Under the pieces are notes generated by a model. The model saw nothing but the letters and a program-made list of their open reading frames with translations, had not been told where the DNA came from and searched no databases. Below, piece after piece: positions 50,306-60,629 of a stretch of 64,000 nucleotides of DNA (position 1 is the first letter of the stretch; each line of letters opens with the position of its first letter). A program made the translations under genes and the position numbers. This DNA is from Gemmatimonas sp. GTDB lineage: Bacteria > Gemmatimonadota > Gemmatimonadetes > Gemmatimonadales > Gemmatimonadaceae. The stretch lies in contig PNKL01000006.1 of the NCBI GenBank assembly GCA_013822425.1, forward strand, positions 21,675 through 85,674. The letters are read 5' to 3'.

Positions 50306-51577
50306 CTAGTGATGCACCATCAGGTCCCGTGCCCACGCACTGGCCTCGGCATAGCATGGGGCGAGGTGATCGACGAGTTCCAGCCGGCTGCCCAGCTCGA
50401 TGGCCGTGTCCCACTGCCCGCGGGAGTAGCTCGTCGCCAGTGCGAGAATCGGCGCGTGCGGCCCCGTGCCGGTCAGCAGCGCCGCCTCCACGTCCCCGGA
50501 CACGCGCACCTGCTCCACCAGCGCGACCATGGGGACACCGAGGATGGCGTCAAAGGTCGACAGCAGGCCGGTCAGGAAGAGCGACCCGCTCGTCCCCTGC
50601 CGCCCGGCCTTCTCGGCGAGGACCTCGCAGAACCGCCCGCGTTCGATGGCCGTCAGCAACAGCTCCCGGCTCACGTCGTCTCCCCGGGGCGCTGACGTCG
50701 CGAAGAGGAGGGCGAGCCACCGGTAGAGGGGCTGCCGCCCGATCAGGCGGATGGCATGATGGAGGGACTCGATGCCGTTTCCCCCGCTGGCGGCGGAGTT
50801 CACGATCTTCAGCAGCTTGAGGCTCAGCCCGGGATCGGCGCGAAAGCCCCGCTCGATGTCGCTGTCCCGGGAGTTGGGGTCGCGCGTCACGTGCATCAGA
50901 CGCGCGATGGCCGCCATCTGCCCCGGCAGGTCCTTGCGGGACACCGTTTCCGGGCGGCTGAAATAGTGCCCCTGGAAGAGTGAGAACCCGAGGCTTCGGC
51001 ACAGCCCGTACATCGCCTTGTCCTCGACCTTCTCCGCCAGCAGCCGCACCGGGAGTCCCACCAGCCGGGCGACGCTCTCGCGAACCTGAGGCTCCGTTTC
51101 ACCCAGCACGCTGAGCTTGACGACCTGTGCCTGCCGCACGATGGGATCGTACTGCTGGAGGTTCGCGACGAAGTCATCGAGGGCCAGGGTAAAGCCCCGC
51201 GCGCGCAATTCGCGGCAGGCCGTCGTCGTCTCCTCATCGCACGGCACCGTCTCGAGCAGCTCGATCACGTAGTCGCGCGGATTGAGCAGGTCGAAATCAT
51301 GCCGGAGCAGCGACTCTCGTCCGAAGTTCACCCAGGCCTGCGTGCCGCCGGTCAGCGGCTGCAGCCAGACTCCGAGCAGGCTGTTCACCATGATGCTGCC
51401 GGTCATCACCGACGGGTCGTTCTCGCCGGCGCCGCCGGCGGCCAGGCTGGGGCGATACAGCAATTCGTACCCGACCAGCCGCCGGTCCCGGTCGAAGATC
51501 GGTTGGCGCGCGACGTAGACGTCGCTCACCTCAGTGGTCAGGGCGTCGGCCCCGGCGTGGTCGGCAATGGTGGACAC
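50306..51577 (-). CDS. EAL + HDOD domain protein; the catalytic EAL motif set appears intact
   Basis: VYVARQPIFDRDRRLVGYELLYRP, VIELLETV, LALDDFV, VVKLSV, LLAEKVED, FQGHYFSRPE, then HDOD (FRADPGLSLKLLKIVNSAASG...HAIRLIGRQPLYRWL). The start is uncertain: GTG at 51577 was chosen, while the track ORF runs to 51790. Confidence 0.8.
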   Translation of the reverse strand: MSTIADHAGADALTTEVSDVYVARQPIFDRDRRLVGYELLYRPSLAAGGAGENDPSVMTGSIMVNSLLGVWLQPLTGGTQAWVNFGRESLLRHDFDLLNPRDYVIELLETVPCDEETTTACRELRARGFTLALDDFVANLQQYDPIVRQAQVVKLSVLGETEPQVRESVARLVGLPVRLLAEKVEDKAMYGLCRSLGFSLFQGHYFSRPETVSRKDLPGQMAAIARLMHVTRDPNSRDSDIERGFRADPGLSLKLLKIVNSAASGGNGIESLHHAIRLIGRQPLYRWLALLFATSAPRGDDVSRELLLTAIERGRFCEVLAEKAGRQGTSGSLFLTGLLSTFDAILGVPMVALVEQVRVSGDVEAALLTGTGPHAPILALATSYSRGQWDTAIELGSRLELVDHLAPCYAEASAWARDLMVHH

Positions 51578-51813
51578 GGTGGGAGTATCGACCCCCTCTA
51601 CGGCCTTCTTGACCCGACGCCATCCTGACCCGGCGCACCGGCAACTTCGCCCGTCGGCAATTATCTCCGGGCAACGCGGCCTGCCGACACCTGCTGAAGG
51701 GTGCCGTTCAAGAAATCCGGGTGGCAGCCGACACTTTCGGAGTGTCCACTCAAAGGTTCCGTGCCGTTGAGCCGGGCAGTTCGCCACCAAAGACGTTCAC
51801 TCTGGGAACTGTC

Positions 51814-54015
51814 ATGATTAAGTCACTGGAAACCGACGACATCGTAAGGGAGTTCCTGGTCGAGAGCTATGAAGGGATCGACCAGCTCGATCGTGATCTC
51901 GTGATGCTCGAGCACTCGCAGTCCGACGTCGAGCTGCTGGCGCGCATCTTCCGCTGCGTGCACACGGTGAAGGGGACGTGCGGCTTTCTCGGCTTCTCCA
52001 AACTCGAGTCGGTCACGCATGTGGGCGAGAACCTGCTCTCCAAGCTGCGCGACGGTGCGCTGGCGGTGACGCCGGAACTCACGACCACTCTGCTGGCCCT
52101 GGTGGATGCCATTCGACAGATGCTGGGCAACATCGAGGCGACCGGCATGGAGGGAGACGCCGATTACGGAAGCCTGATTGCAGCGCTGACGCGGCTTCAA
52201 GAGGACAAGGCCGCGCCGCCAACCTCCCCAACCATGGCGGCCGGCACGCCCGTGGTCGAGCCTGCGGCGGCGCTGGTAGCCGCCAGCGAGACCCTGGACA
52301 TCCAGGCCGATGGGAAGACTGGTCAAGTCACGGACAGCAGCATCCGGGTGGATGTCGGCCTGCTGGACAAGCTCATGACGGTGGTGGGCGAGCTGGTGCT
52401 CGCACGCAACCAGATCATGCAGCATGCCTCGGTCGCACCCCGGTCGGCGTCGCTCGCCGCCGCGTCGCAGCGCCTCAATCTCCTGACGACCGAGCTGCAG
52501 GAAGGCGTCATGAAGACCCGGATGCAGCCCATCGGCAACATCTGGAGCAAGTTCCCGCGCGTGGTGCGGGACTTGAGCTTCGCCTGCAACAAGCAGATCC
52601 GTCTTGAGATGGAGGGGCGAGAGACCGAGCTCGACAAGACGATCATCGAAGCCATCAAGGACCCGCTTATGCACATCGTGCGGAATTCCGTTGATCACGG
52701 CATCGAGGCAGCCCCGGATCGCATGGCGAAGGGCAAGCCGGCCGAGGGGCGGCTGCTGCTGCGCGCCTTCCATGAGGGCGGGCAGGTCAACATCGAGATC
52801 TCCGACGATGGCCGCGGCCTCGACCCGGAGCAGCTGAAGCAGAAGGCGGTGGAGAAGGGATTGATCTCGGCCGACCAGGCCGCGCGCCTGAGCGACCGCG
52901 AGGCGCTCAACCTCATCTTCGTCGCCGGCTTCTCCACCGCCGCCGCCGTGACCAACATCTCGGGACGCGGCGTCGGCATGGACGTCGTGAAGACCAACAT
53001 CGAAAAGATCGGTGGCGTGGTGGACCTGCAGAGCACGCTGGGAGCGGGCACCACGCTCAAGATCAAGATCCCGCTGACGCTTGCCATCATTCCTGCGCTG
53101 ATCATCACCTGCGCTGAAGGCCGCTACGCCATCCCGCAGGTGAACCTGGTCGAACTGGTGCGACGCGAGTCGCGCGATGGAGGCCATGGGGTGGAGCGGA
53201 TTCACGGAGCGCCGGTCTACCGCCTGCGCGGGAACCTGCTGCCCCTCGTATTCCTGCGCGACGAACTCGGAGCAACCGGCGCCGCGCAAGACGTCGATGA
53301 CGAACTCCTGAACATCGTCGTGCTGCAGGCCGACGGGCGCACCTTCGGGCTTGTCGTCGGCGACATCAATGACACCGAGGAAATCGTCGTCAAGCCGCTC
53401 AGCAAGCAGCTGCAGGGGGTGTCGGCATTCTCCGGCGCCACCATCATGGGTGACGGACGTGTGGCGCTGATCCTCGATACACTGGGGCTGGCCCAGCGCG
53501 CCAATGTCATCTCCGCGGAGCGCGAGCGCACCGTGGTTGACGCCGGCGTGGCGGCGCGCGACCACCACCGGGCACGCCAGACGCTGCTGGTCTGCGGCAC
53601 GGGGGAAGGCCGGCGTGCGGCGATTCCCCTCTCCAGCGTGGCGCGGCTCGAGGAGTTCCAGCGCAGCCGGGTGGAGTGGGCCGGGCACTACGAGGCCGTG
53701 CAGTATCGCGGCCAGATCCTCCCGCTGCTCCAGCTCTCCTCGCTGCTCGGCTTCGGCGCCTCGCAGACGCCCGGAGTCACGGTGTCGGTGGTCGTCTACG
53801 GCGAGGAAGGACATCGGGTCGGCCTCGTGGTCGACCAGATTCTCGACATCGTCGAGGAGACCGTCGCCATCGAGCACACGGCGGCCCGCGAGGGCGTGCT
53901 GGGGTCCGCTGTGGTGCAGAAGCGCGTCACGGACGTACTCGACATCGCCGCCATCGTCCGGAATGCGGCGCCTTGGCTGTTGGAAGCCTCCCCCGAGCAT
54001 GAGGTCGCGGCCTGA
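51814..54015 (+). CDS. cheA: Chemotaxis histidine kinase CheA with two C-terminal CheW-like domains
   Basis: Hpt ([16 protein letters not shown]), dimerisation region, HATPase ([28 protein letters not shown]). Two CheW-like modules follow ([13 protein letters not shown]... and [16 protein letters not shown]...). Confidence 0.95.
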   Translation: MIKSLETDDIVREFLVESYEGIDQLDRDLVMLEHSQSDVELLARIFRCVHTVKGTCGFLGFSKLESVTHVGENLLSKLRDGALAVTPELTTTLLALVDAIRQMLGNIEATGMEGDADYGSLIAALTRLQEDKAAPPTSPTMAAGTPVVEPAAALVAASETLDIQADGKTGQVTDSSIRVDVGLLDKLMTVVGELVLARNQIMQHASVAPRSASLAAASQRLNLLTTELQEGVMKTRMQPIGNIWSKFPRVVRDLSFACNKQIRLEMEGRETELDKTIIEAIKDPLMHIVRNSVDHGIEAAPDRMAKGKPAEGRLLLRAFHEGGQVNIEISDDGRGLDPEQLKQKAVEKGLISADQAARLSDREALNLIFVAGFSTAAAVTNISGRGVGMDVVKTNIEKIGGVVDLQSTLGAGTTLKIKIPLTLAIIPALIITCAEGRYAIPQVNLVELVRRESRDGGHGVERIHGAPVYRLRGNLLPLVFLRDELGATGAAQDVDDELLNIVVLQADGRTFGLVVGDINDTEEIVVKPLSKQLQGVSAFSGATIMGDGRVALILDTLGLAQRANVISAERERTVVDAGVAARDHHRARQTLLVCGTGEGRRAAIPLSSVARLEEFQRSRVEWAGHYEAVQYRGQILPLLQLSSLLGFGASQTPGVTVSVVVYGEEGHRVGLVVDQILDIVEETVAIEHTAAREGVLGSAVVQKRVTDVLDIAAIVRNAAPWLLEASPEHEVAA

Positions 54016-54017
54016 TC

Positions 54018-54455
54018 ATGTCCACGCTCCAGCAGTATTGCACCTTCACGCTCGACGGCTTCCTGGTGGGCGTCGAGGTCTCCCGGGTGCAGGAGATCAT
54101 CCGGTATCACGAAATGACGCCGGTGCCGCTGGCGCATCGCGTGGTCCGCGGACTCATCAACCTGCGGGGCCAGATCGTCACCGCGCTGGACCTCCGCCGA
54201 CGCCTCGACCTTCCCGAACGCGCCGCCGGTGCGTTCCCCACCAACGTCGTGGTGCGCACCGAGGATGGCGCGGTGAGCTTCCTCGTCGACGAGATCGGGG
54301 ACGTGGTGGAGGTGGACGACTCGTCGTTCGAGCGGCCGCCCGAGACGCTGCGTGGTGTGGCCCGGCAACTGATCACCGGGGCGCACAAGCTGAGCGACCG
54401 GCTGCTGCTCGTGCTCGATGCCGAGCGTGCGGCCGGCCTTCGCGACGAGGGATGA
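54018..54455 (+). CDS. cheW: Coupling protein CheW
   Basis: [58 protein letters not shown]. Confidence 0.9.
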   Translation: MSTLQQYCTFTLDGFLVGVEVSRVQEIIRYHEMTPVPLAHRVVRGLINLRGQIVTALDLRRRLDLPERAAGAFPTNVVVRTEDGAVSFLVDEIGDVVEVDDSSFERPPETLRGVARQLITGAHKLSDRLLLVLDAERAAGLRDEG

Positions 54456-54610
54456 GGCATCGGCCGGACGTCTCCGATGCAACGGTTCCTGGCCGCATCA
54501 CGCCGCATGTGGCTCACGCAGGAGCGCAGCATGTTCAACGACGATCGGGCTCGAGAGCTTCGGGCTCTCAACAGATCTCCGCAGCGCAGTCCCAAACGAG
54601 AGAGGAGAAC

Positions 54611-56362
54611 ATGACCATGTTCAAGAACCTGAAGGTCGCCCCGAAGCTCATTGGGGGATTCGTCGCCGTGGCGGTGATCGCGTTGGCCATCGGATTCGTC
54701 GGGATGAAGGGCCTGAGCTCGATGGATGCCCAGCTCCACGAGGTCAGCGTGGTGCGGCTGCCGAGCGTCGCCGCGCTCGAGGAGCTCGCTGCAGCGCAGA
54801 GCGAAGTGGCCAGCGCCAACCGCGTGCTGCTCAACCCGCGCATGTCGGCCAGGGCGCTGCGCGAGGCCCAGTATGACGTGATCATGGCCGAGTACGCTTC
54901 AATGGACTCTGCGTGGAGCATCTACGAGCCGCTCCCGCAGTCGGCCAAGGGGGCCGCAATGTGGAAGGAGTTCGTGCCGCTCTTCAAGGACTGGAAGTCG
55001 AAGGCCGTTGCCTTCCTCTCGGTCATCCGGCAGAAGGATGACCTGCTCGCCGCCGGTGCGAGCCCGAGCGATCGCCGCATCGCCCAGATCGAAAACGAGG
55101 CGCTCGCTGCCGCGCCTGCCCTCGTGGCGGCGCAGGCCGCGTCGCGCAAGCTGCTCCGGGACCTCATCGAGGAGAACGTGTTCTTGGCCGAGGCGGCGAG
55201 GAAGGCGAGCACAGTGGCGCTCAAGCGCGCGAACATGCTCATGACGGGCTCCATGATCATCGGCACCATTCTCGCCTTGGTGCTGGGCGTGCTGATCGCC
55301 CGCTCGATTGCCCGTCCCCTGGGCGAGGCCGTCGCCGCGCTCGGTCGTGTGGCCGAGGGTGACCTGACGCCGCGCCTGAAGGTGAACTCGCAAGACGAGA
55401 TCGGCCATATGGCCGTGGCGCTGAACACGGCGCTCGACAGCCTGAACTCGAGCATGGCGCAGATTGGCCAGAACGCGCACTCCCTGGCCGGCTCGGCGGA
55501 AGAGCTCTCCGCGGTCAGCCAGCAGATGGGCAGCAACGCCAACGAGACGTCGGCCCAGGCGGGCGTGGTGTCCGCGGCGGCTGAACAGGTGAGCAAGAAC
55601 GTGCAGACGGTGGCGACGGGCACCGAGGAGATGAGCGCCAGCATCCGTGAGATCGCCAAGAATGCCACCGACGCGGCCAAGGTGGCCAACTCGGCGGTGA
55701 CCGTGGCCGAGTCGACCAACGCGAGCATCGCCAAGCTGGGCGAGAGCAGCGCCGAGATCGGCAATGTCGTCAAGGTCATCACGTCCATCGCGCAGCAGAC
55801 CAACCTGCTGGCGCTGAACGCGACCATCGAGGCGGCGCGCGCCGGTGAGGCCGGCAAGGGCTTCGCCGTGGTGGCCAACGAGGTGAAGGAGCTGGCCAAG
55901 GAGACGGCCAAGGCCACCGAGGACATCAGCCAGAAGATCGAGGTGATTCAGGGCGATACCCGCGCGGCGATCGAGGCGATTGCCCAGATCTCCGGGATCA
56001 TTGCCCAGATCAACGACGCGCAGAACACGATCGCGAGTGCCGTGGAAGAGCAGACGGCCACGACGAACGAAATGGCGCGCAACGTGGAAGAGGCGGCGAA
56101 GGGGAGCTCGGAGATCGCCCAGAACATCACGGGCGTGGCCCAGGCCGCCGAGAGCACGTCGAGCGGCGCCGGCGACACGCTGACCGCCGCGGGCGAGTTG
56201 GCCCGCATGGCGGCCGAGCTGCAGGAGGTCGTCTCGCGCTTCAAGTACGAGGGGGACGGTGGCGCGTCGCAGGTGCGGTCGCCGTCGGCCGAAGTGCGCA
56301 CGCTGGCGGTGGTGGGCAAGCGCCCGCAGGCCTCCGGCGGGCGTGGACGGGCCGCCGCGTAG
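54611..56362 (+). CDS. Methyl-accepting chemotaxis protein (four-helix-bundle sensor, HAMP, signalling domain)
   Basis: [17 protein letters not shown] (4HB_MCP-type N-terminus), two TM segments, HAMP ([22 protein letters not shown]). The conserved hairpin tip is [47 protein letters not shown]. No C-terminal NWETF-type pentapeptide. Confidence 0.9.
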   Translation: MTMFKNLKVAPKLIGGFVAVAVIALAIGFVGMKGLSSMDAQLHEVSVVRLPSVAALEELAAAQSEVASANRVLLNPRMSARALREAQYDVIMAEYASMDSAWSIYEPLPQSAKGAAMWKEFVPLFKDWKSKAVAFLSVIRQKDDLLAAGASPSDRRIAQIENEALAAAPALVAAQAASRKLLRDLIEENVFLAEAARKASTVALKRANMLMTGSMIIGTILALVLGVLIARSIARPLGEAVAALGRVAEGDLTPRLKVNSQDEIGHMAVALNTALDSLNSSMAQIGQNAHSLAGSAEELSAVSQQMGSNANETSAQAGVVSAAAEQVSKNVQTVATGTEEMSASIREIAKNATDAAKVANSAVTVAESTNASIAKLGESSAEIGNVVKVITSIAQQTNLLALNATIEAARAGEAGKGFAVVANEVKELAKETAKATEDISQKIEVIQGDTRAAIEAIAQISGIIAQINDAQNTIASAVEEQTATTNEMARNVEEAAKGSSEIAQNITGVAQAAESTSSGAGDTLTAAGELARMAAELQEVVSRFKYEGDGGASQVRSPSAEVRTLAVVGKRPQASGGRGRAAA

Positions 56363-56454
56363 CCTGGGCGGGAGCCCGGTAGGAAGGGGGCCTCCGTGCC
56401 TCCCCCCACCGGGCGCCTGCGTGCCCTCCGCATTCCCCCAACGCGAATTGTCGC

Positions 56455-56847
56455 ATGCAACCACCGACCGGCCAGGAAGATGTCCGCAAGTCGAGTCGCG
56501 TCCCCCTGGCGCTCAGTGCCGATGTGCGCATTGACGGCGTGGTGCGCCGCTTCGCGGTGATCAATCTCAGCCTTGGGGGCGTTGCCGTGGCCACGGACGA
56601 ATCGCTCCCGCCGGGAGCGGCCTGTCATGTGGCGCTGTTGCTCGACGGCGGCGAGGAATCCGTGACGTGCGAGCTGGAGGGCGTGGTGGTGCGCACCTGT
56701 GCCGGCGAGGCCGGCATTGCCTTTTCCGAAGTCGCGGGCCTCGAGAGTCTCGAACACCTGCATAACCTGCTGCTCTACAACGCGAGCGACCCGGAGCGCA
56801 TGGTCCGAGAGTTTGAGAACTTTCTCGGACTGCGACGCAAGGATTGA
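56455..56847 (+). CDS. Single-domain PilZ protein (canonical c-di-GMP-binding motifs)
   Basis: RKSSR (RxxxR) and NLSLGG ((D/N)xSxxG) are at the expected spacing. 130 aa. Confidence 0.8.
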   Translation: MQPPTGQEDVRKSSRVPLALSADVRIDGVVRRFAVINLSLGGVAVATDESLPPGAACHVALLLDGGEESVTCELEGVVVRTCAGEAGIAFSEVAGLESLEHLHNLLLYNASDPERMVREFENFLGLRRKD

Positions 56848-56882
56848 GGGACCATGGAGCATTCTGCGGAAGGAGGCACCCG

Positions 56883-57254
56883 ATGCGCGCGTTGATCGTC
56901 GATGATTCCCGGGCCGTTCGATCCGTGATCGGGCGGAGCGTGCGGGAACTTGGCTTTGCGGCCTTCGAAGCGGGCAACGGCCGCGATGCGCTGCAGGTGC
57001 TGGCGACCGAGGGCGCCATGGAACTGGCGCTCGTGGACTGGAACATGCCGGAGATGAGCGGCTACGACTTCGTCTGCGCGGTGCGCGCCAATGCCGCCCA
57101 TAGCGCCATGCGCATCATCATGGTGACTTCCGAAAGCGAAATGCAGCGGGTGGTGTCGGCGCTGGAGGCCGGCGCCAACGAGTACCTGATGAAGCCGTTC
57201 ACCGTGGACGCATTGCGCGACAAGCTGGTGCTCACCGGCGTCCTCGACAACTGA
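56883..57254 (+). CDS. cheY: Chemotaxis response regulator CheY
   Basis: MRALIVDDSRAVR...LALVDWNMPEMSG...IMVTSE...YLMKPF. SD AGGAGG 6 nt upstream. Confidence 0.9.
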   Translation: MRALIVDDSRAVRSVIGRSVRELGFAAFEAGNGRDALQVLATEGAMELALVDWNMPEMSGYDFVCAVRANAAHSAMRIIMVTSESEMQRVVSALEAGANEYLMKPFTVDALRDKLVLTGVLDN

Positions 57255-57256
57255 CC

Positions 57257-58405
57257 ATGGCGCGCATCCGGGTGCTTGTGGTGGACGACGCCGTGGTCGT
57301 CCGCAAGATCGTCACCGACGCGCTGGCGTCCGATCCCGACATCGAGGTCGTGGGCGCGGCGGCGAACGGGCGCATTGCGCTCGCCAAGCTCGTGCAGGTC
57401 AATCCCGACGTCGTGACGATGGACATCGAGATGCCCGAAATGAACGGGCTCGACGCGCTGCGCGAACTGCGCAAGACGCATCCCGTGCTACCGGTCATCA
57501 TGTTCAGCACGCTGACCGAGCGGGGTGGCTCCGCGACGCTGGAGGCGCTGGCGCTGGGTGCCACCGACTACGTGACCAAGCCGGCCAACGTGGGGAGCGT
57601 GGCCGCGGCGCAGCAGCGGATCCGCGACGAGCTGATTCCCAAGATCAAGGCACTGTGCGGGCGGCGCGTGGGGCTGGTGCTGCCCAGGCTGGTGGCCACG
57701 GGTACTCCGGTCACGCTGGCGAGTGCGCGGGCCGCACGCGCCGCGGTCCGCCCGATCGCACCGCCGGACCAGCGCATCGACATCGTGGCCATCGGGGTCT
57801 CGACCGGTGGGCCGAACGCCCTGGCGACCATCCTGCCGAAGCTGCCGAGGGACTTCCCGGTGCCGATCGTGATCGTGCAGCACATGCCGCCGGTGTTCAC
57901 GAGGCTGCTCGCCGACCGCCTGCGCACATCGTCGCAGCTTGACGTGCGAGAAGGGGTCGTGGGGGGGGTGGTGGAACCGGGGCGCGTCTGGATCGCACCC
58001 GGCGACCGCCACATGCTCGTGAAGCAGGGGCGCGATGGCATCACGCTGGCCCTCAACCAGAATCCTCCGGAGAACTCCTGCCGGCCTTCGGTCGATCCGT
58101 TGTTCCGGTCCGTCGGCGAGGTCTACGGGGCGCGGGTGTTGGGCGTGATCCTCACCGGCATGGGACAGGACGGCTTGCGTGGCAGTGAGGAACTCACGGA
58201 CCTGGGCGCGTGCGTCATCGCCCAGGACCAGGCGACGTCCGTGGTCTGGGGCATGCCGGGTTTCGTGGCGAACGCCGGATTGGCGGAGCGCCTGGTTCCG
58301 CTGGAGGAGGTTGCAGGCGAGCTTGTTCGCCGCGGCATGAAGGGTCGCCGCGGCACGTCGTCGCCGACCACTTGGCCCGCGACCTTGTCGCCGTCCGGAG
58401 CATAA
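57257..58405 (+). CDS. cheB: Methylesterase CheB (REC + esterase)
   Basis: IRVLVVDDAVVVR...VVTMDIEMPEMNG..., and an esterase domain (IVAIGVSTGGP, IVQHMP, GMGQDG). Confidence 0.95.
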   Translation: MARIRVLVVDDAVVVRKIVTDALASDPDIEVVGAAANGRIALAKLVQVNPDVVTMDIEMPEMNGLDALRELRKTHPVLPVIMFSTLTERGGSATLEALALGATDYVTKPANVGSVAAAQQRIRDELIPKIKALCGRRVGLVLPRLVATGTPVTLASARAARAAVRPIAPPDQRIDIVAIGVSTGGPNALATILPKLPRDFPVPIVIVQHMPPVFTRLLADRLRTSSQLDVREGVVGGVVEPGRVWIAPGDRHMLVKQGRDGITLALNQNPPENSCRPSVDPLFRSVGEVYGARVLGVILTGMGQDGLRGSEELTDLGACVIAQDQATSVVWGMPGFVANAGLAERLVPLEEVAGELVRRGMKGRRGTSSPTTWPATLSPSGA

Positions 58406-58414
58406 GGTCGTCTC

Positions 58415-59239
58415 ATGCCCATTTCTCCCACCGACTTCGACTTCGTGCGCGCCATGGTGCGCAAGGAATCGGCCATCGCGCTCGATCCAGGCAAGGAATA
58501 CCTGGTGGAGTCGCGCCTCACCACACTGGCGCGCCAGTTGGGGCTGGTAACCGCGGATCAGTTGATTGAAGAAGTGCGACGGAAGCCGGACAACGGCCTT
58601 CGCTACAAGATCGTCGAGGCCATGACGACGAACGAGACCTCGTTCTTCCGCGACGTGGCCCCGTTCGATGCGCTCCGCGAGCACGTGCTCCCGGACCTGA
58701 TTGCCCGTCGCGCCGCGCAGAACTCCCTGCGCATCTGGTGCGGCGCCGCATCCACGGGCCAGGAACCATACAGCCTGGCGATGCTCATCCGCGAGCACTT
58801 CCCGGCGCTGGCGTCGTGGCGCGTGGAGATCGTGGCGACGGACATCTCGCGCGAGGTGCTGGACCGCGCGCGCACCGGCCGCTACAGCCAGCTCGAGGTG
58901 AATCGCGGACTGCCGGCGTCAATGCTCGTCAAGTACTTCGAGAAGGAAGGGATTGCCTGGCGGGTGAAGGCTCCGCTGCGCGACATGGTCACGTTCCGGG
59001 AGATGAACCTCATCGGCAGTTGGACGGGCGTGGACAACGCCGACATCGTCATGATGCGCAATGTGCTCATCTACTTCGACGTGACCATCAAGAAGCAGAT
59101 CCTCGCCAACGTCCGCCGGGTCCTGCGCGCCGACGGGTACTTCATGCTTGGGAGCGCCGAGTCGACGATGAACATCGACGACAAGTACACGCGCGTACCT
59201 GTCGGACGGACGAGTTGCTACCAGCCCCTCGGGCTTTGA
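58415..59239 (+). CDS. cheR: MCP methyltransferase CheR
   Basis: ...TTNETSFFRD..PF..L......LRIWCGAASTGQEPYSLAML...ATDIS...L..A..G.Y...E..RGLP...FR.MNL...DIVMMRNVLIYFD. Confidence 0.95.
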   Translation: MPISPTDFDFVRAMVRKESAIALDPGKEYLVESRLTTLARQLGLVTADQLIEEVRRKPDNGLRYKIVEAMTTNETSFFRDVAPFDALREHVLPDLIARRAAQNSLRIWCGAASTGQEPYSLAMLIREHFPALASWRVEIVATDISREVLDRARTGRYSQLEVNRGLPASMLVKYFEKEGIAWRVKAPLRDMVTFREMNLIGSWTGVDNADIVMMRNVLIYFDVTIKKQILANVRRVLRADGYFMLGSAESTMNIDDKYTRVPVGRTSCYQPLGL

Positions 59240-59249
59240 GGAGTCAGCC

Positions 59250-59702
59250 ATGAAAGCGCTGCAGGAGGTTCTTGAGCCCACGATCATCGACATCTGGTCG
59301 TCCTTGTTTTCGCTCGAGGCAGTTGCCGAACCGACGGCGGACCTGACGGCGACCTATGTCGGATGCGTGCATCTCGCCGGTGTGGTTTCCGGTACGATCG
59401 TGGTCCAGTGCGATGCGTCGCTGGCTCGCCTGGTGGCGGCCCGCATGTTCGACGTGGCCCAGGACGAGGCGAGCGAAGACGACATCCGCGATGCGATCGG
59501 GGAAATCGCCAACATCGCCGCGGGGAACCTGAAGGCCGCGCTGTCGACACGGACCACCGTGTCGCTGCCGCTGGTGGTCCATGGTAGCGACTTCGGCACG
59601 CACCTGCCCAACAGCCGGCTGGTGGCCAGCCGCACGTTCTCCTGCGGGAACGATCGTTTCAGTGTGAGCGTGTACGAGCATGTTCCGCCGTCGAGCGGAT
59701 AA
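59250..59702 (+). CDS. cheX: CheX-type CheY-P phosphatase (CheC/CheX/FliY family)
   Basis: 150 aa. ...DAIGEIANIAAGNLKA... carries the E-x-x-N active-site motif. Domain size and position match stand-alone CheX. Confidence 0.8.
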   Translation: MKALQEVLEPTIIDIWSSLFSLEAVAEPTADLTATYVGCVHLAGVVSGTIVVQCDASLARLVAARMFDVAQDEASEDDIRDAIGEIANIAAGNLKAALSTRTTVSLPLVVHGSDFGTHLPNSRLVASRTFSCGNDRFSVSVYEHVPPSSG

Positions 59703-59926
59703 TGGACGAGGTGCTCGCTGGCGTGAATGGCAAGCTCCAGGGTACGCAAGGCGCGCTATTGGCGTCGTTCATCGTGAAGGTCTGAGGTGGTCGCCGCCGG
59801 CCGGAGCGTGCAGCCACTGCGCGCTCCCGCGCGCCTAACCCCCGCACTGGCGCGCCCGCGCCCGTTCTGCCCGACCGACGGCCGGGGCGAGCCCGGATAG
59901 TCGAACGGCAGCGGGCTACCACAGCC

Positions 59927-60517
59927 TCAGGACGCAGCGGAGAAGATGTTGTCGGCCATCGACTGTCGTTCCGCGGCGTGCTTGATCGTGGCACCGGGGG
60001 CGAAGGTCGCGTCGCTCGTCCGCGCAACCGACGCCTCCGGCATGGCCGCTGCCGTTCCGAGGTGCGCCGGATCCAGGGCTCTCGCCAGGTCCGCCATGCG
60101 CTGCTCCACCTCATCGAGGATGCTCGACGCGTACCGCAGTTGCTGCGTGGTGATGTCCTGAAACTGGAGGCAGGAAATGGACTGAAACAGCTCGTCACGC
60201 AGCCTGTTCCTGATTTCTGCCCCTGCCGCGCCCCTGGCCGGATCAAGCGCATCCAACTCGTCAACCATCGCCGTCGCCCGATCGAGCGAATCGAGGATTC
60301 CCGTGGCGGCAACCTCCGTAGCCGACGACACCTCGAGCAGCTTGGCCGACGTGTGCTGGAGTTTCTGCACGGCGGCGTGGTCCAGCGCGTCGCGACTCGC
60401 GCGAAGGCTGCGCAGGACGATCTGGATCTCGGCGTACGCCCGCAGCAGCACCGCCGGCAATTGCATCACCGCGGCGCCCGAAGGCGAACGGTTGTCGATC
60501 AAGGCATCGTCGCTCAT
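59927..60517 (-). CDS. CheZ-like phosphatase
   Basis: A helical-hairpin protein. SCLQFQDITTQQLRYA matches the CheZ catalytic FQD(L/I)TxQ motif (Asp and Gln). SD GAGGAG 6 nt upstream of the chosen ATG. The track ORF extends to 60580. Confidence 0.65.
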   Translation of the reverse strand: MSDDALIDNRSPSGAAVMQLPAVLLRAYAEIQIVLRSLRASRDALDHAAVQKLQHTSAKLLEVSSATEVAATGILDSLDRATAMVDELDALDPARGAAGAEIRNRLRDELFQSISCLQFQDITTQQLRYASSILDEVEQRMADLARALDPAHLGTAAAMPEASVARTSDATFAPGATIKHAAERQSMADNIFSAAS

Positions 60518-60586
60518 GGCAACTCCTCGCCGTTCGCCGGCGCACAAGGCTGGGTGTCCCGCGCGCCGGCGGGTCCACATGACCTA

Positions 60587-60613
60587 ATCATCGGCTCTCC
60601 ACACGCGCGCTTG
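60587..60613 (-). promoter_or_regulatory. Sigma28-type promoter upstream of the cheZ-like gene
   Basis: The reverse strand reads TCAAGCGC-N11-GCCGATGA (-10 matches 7/8). It overlaps the palindrome CGCGCGC-ttga-GCGCGCG (60603-60620), which could terminate the upstream LPP20 gene. Confidence 0.45.
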
Positions 60614-60629
60614 AGCGCGCGGCGGACAC

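Noticed and set aside
51750-51778. Sigma28-like element TCAAAGGT...GCCGGGCA upstream of cheA
   Set aside because: The -10 lacks the CGAT core shared by the four better candidates, and the spacing is off by one. It is too weak to call, so the cheA promoter remains unidentified.
53504-54610. 5' extension of the MCP track ORF (952 aa) across the cheA 3' end and cheW
   Set aside because: The extension is out of frame with cheA and cheW and is Arg/Pro-rich. The MCP N-terminus ([17 protein letters not shown]) with a strong SD starts at 54611.
51823-56464. Minus-strand ORFs 51823..54000 (725 aa) and 54899..56464 (521 aa), antisense to cheA and the MCP
   Set aside because: Arg/Gly/His/Asp-rich translations without domains. 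cheA, cheW and mcp are clear on the plus strand.
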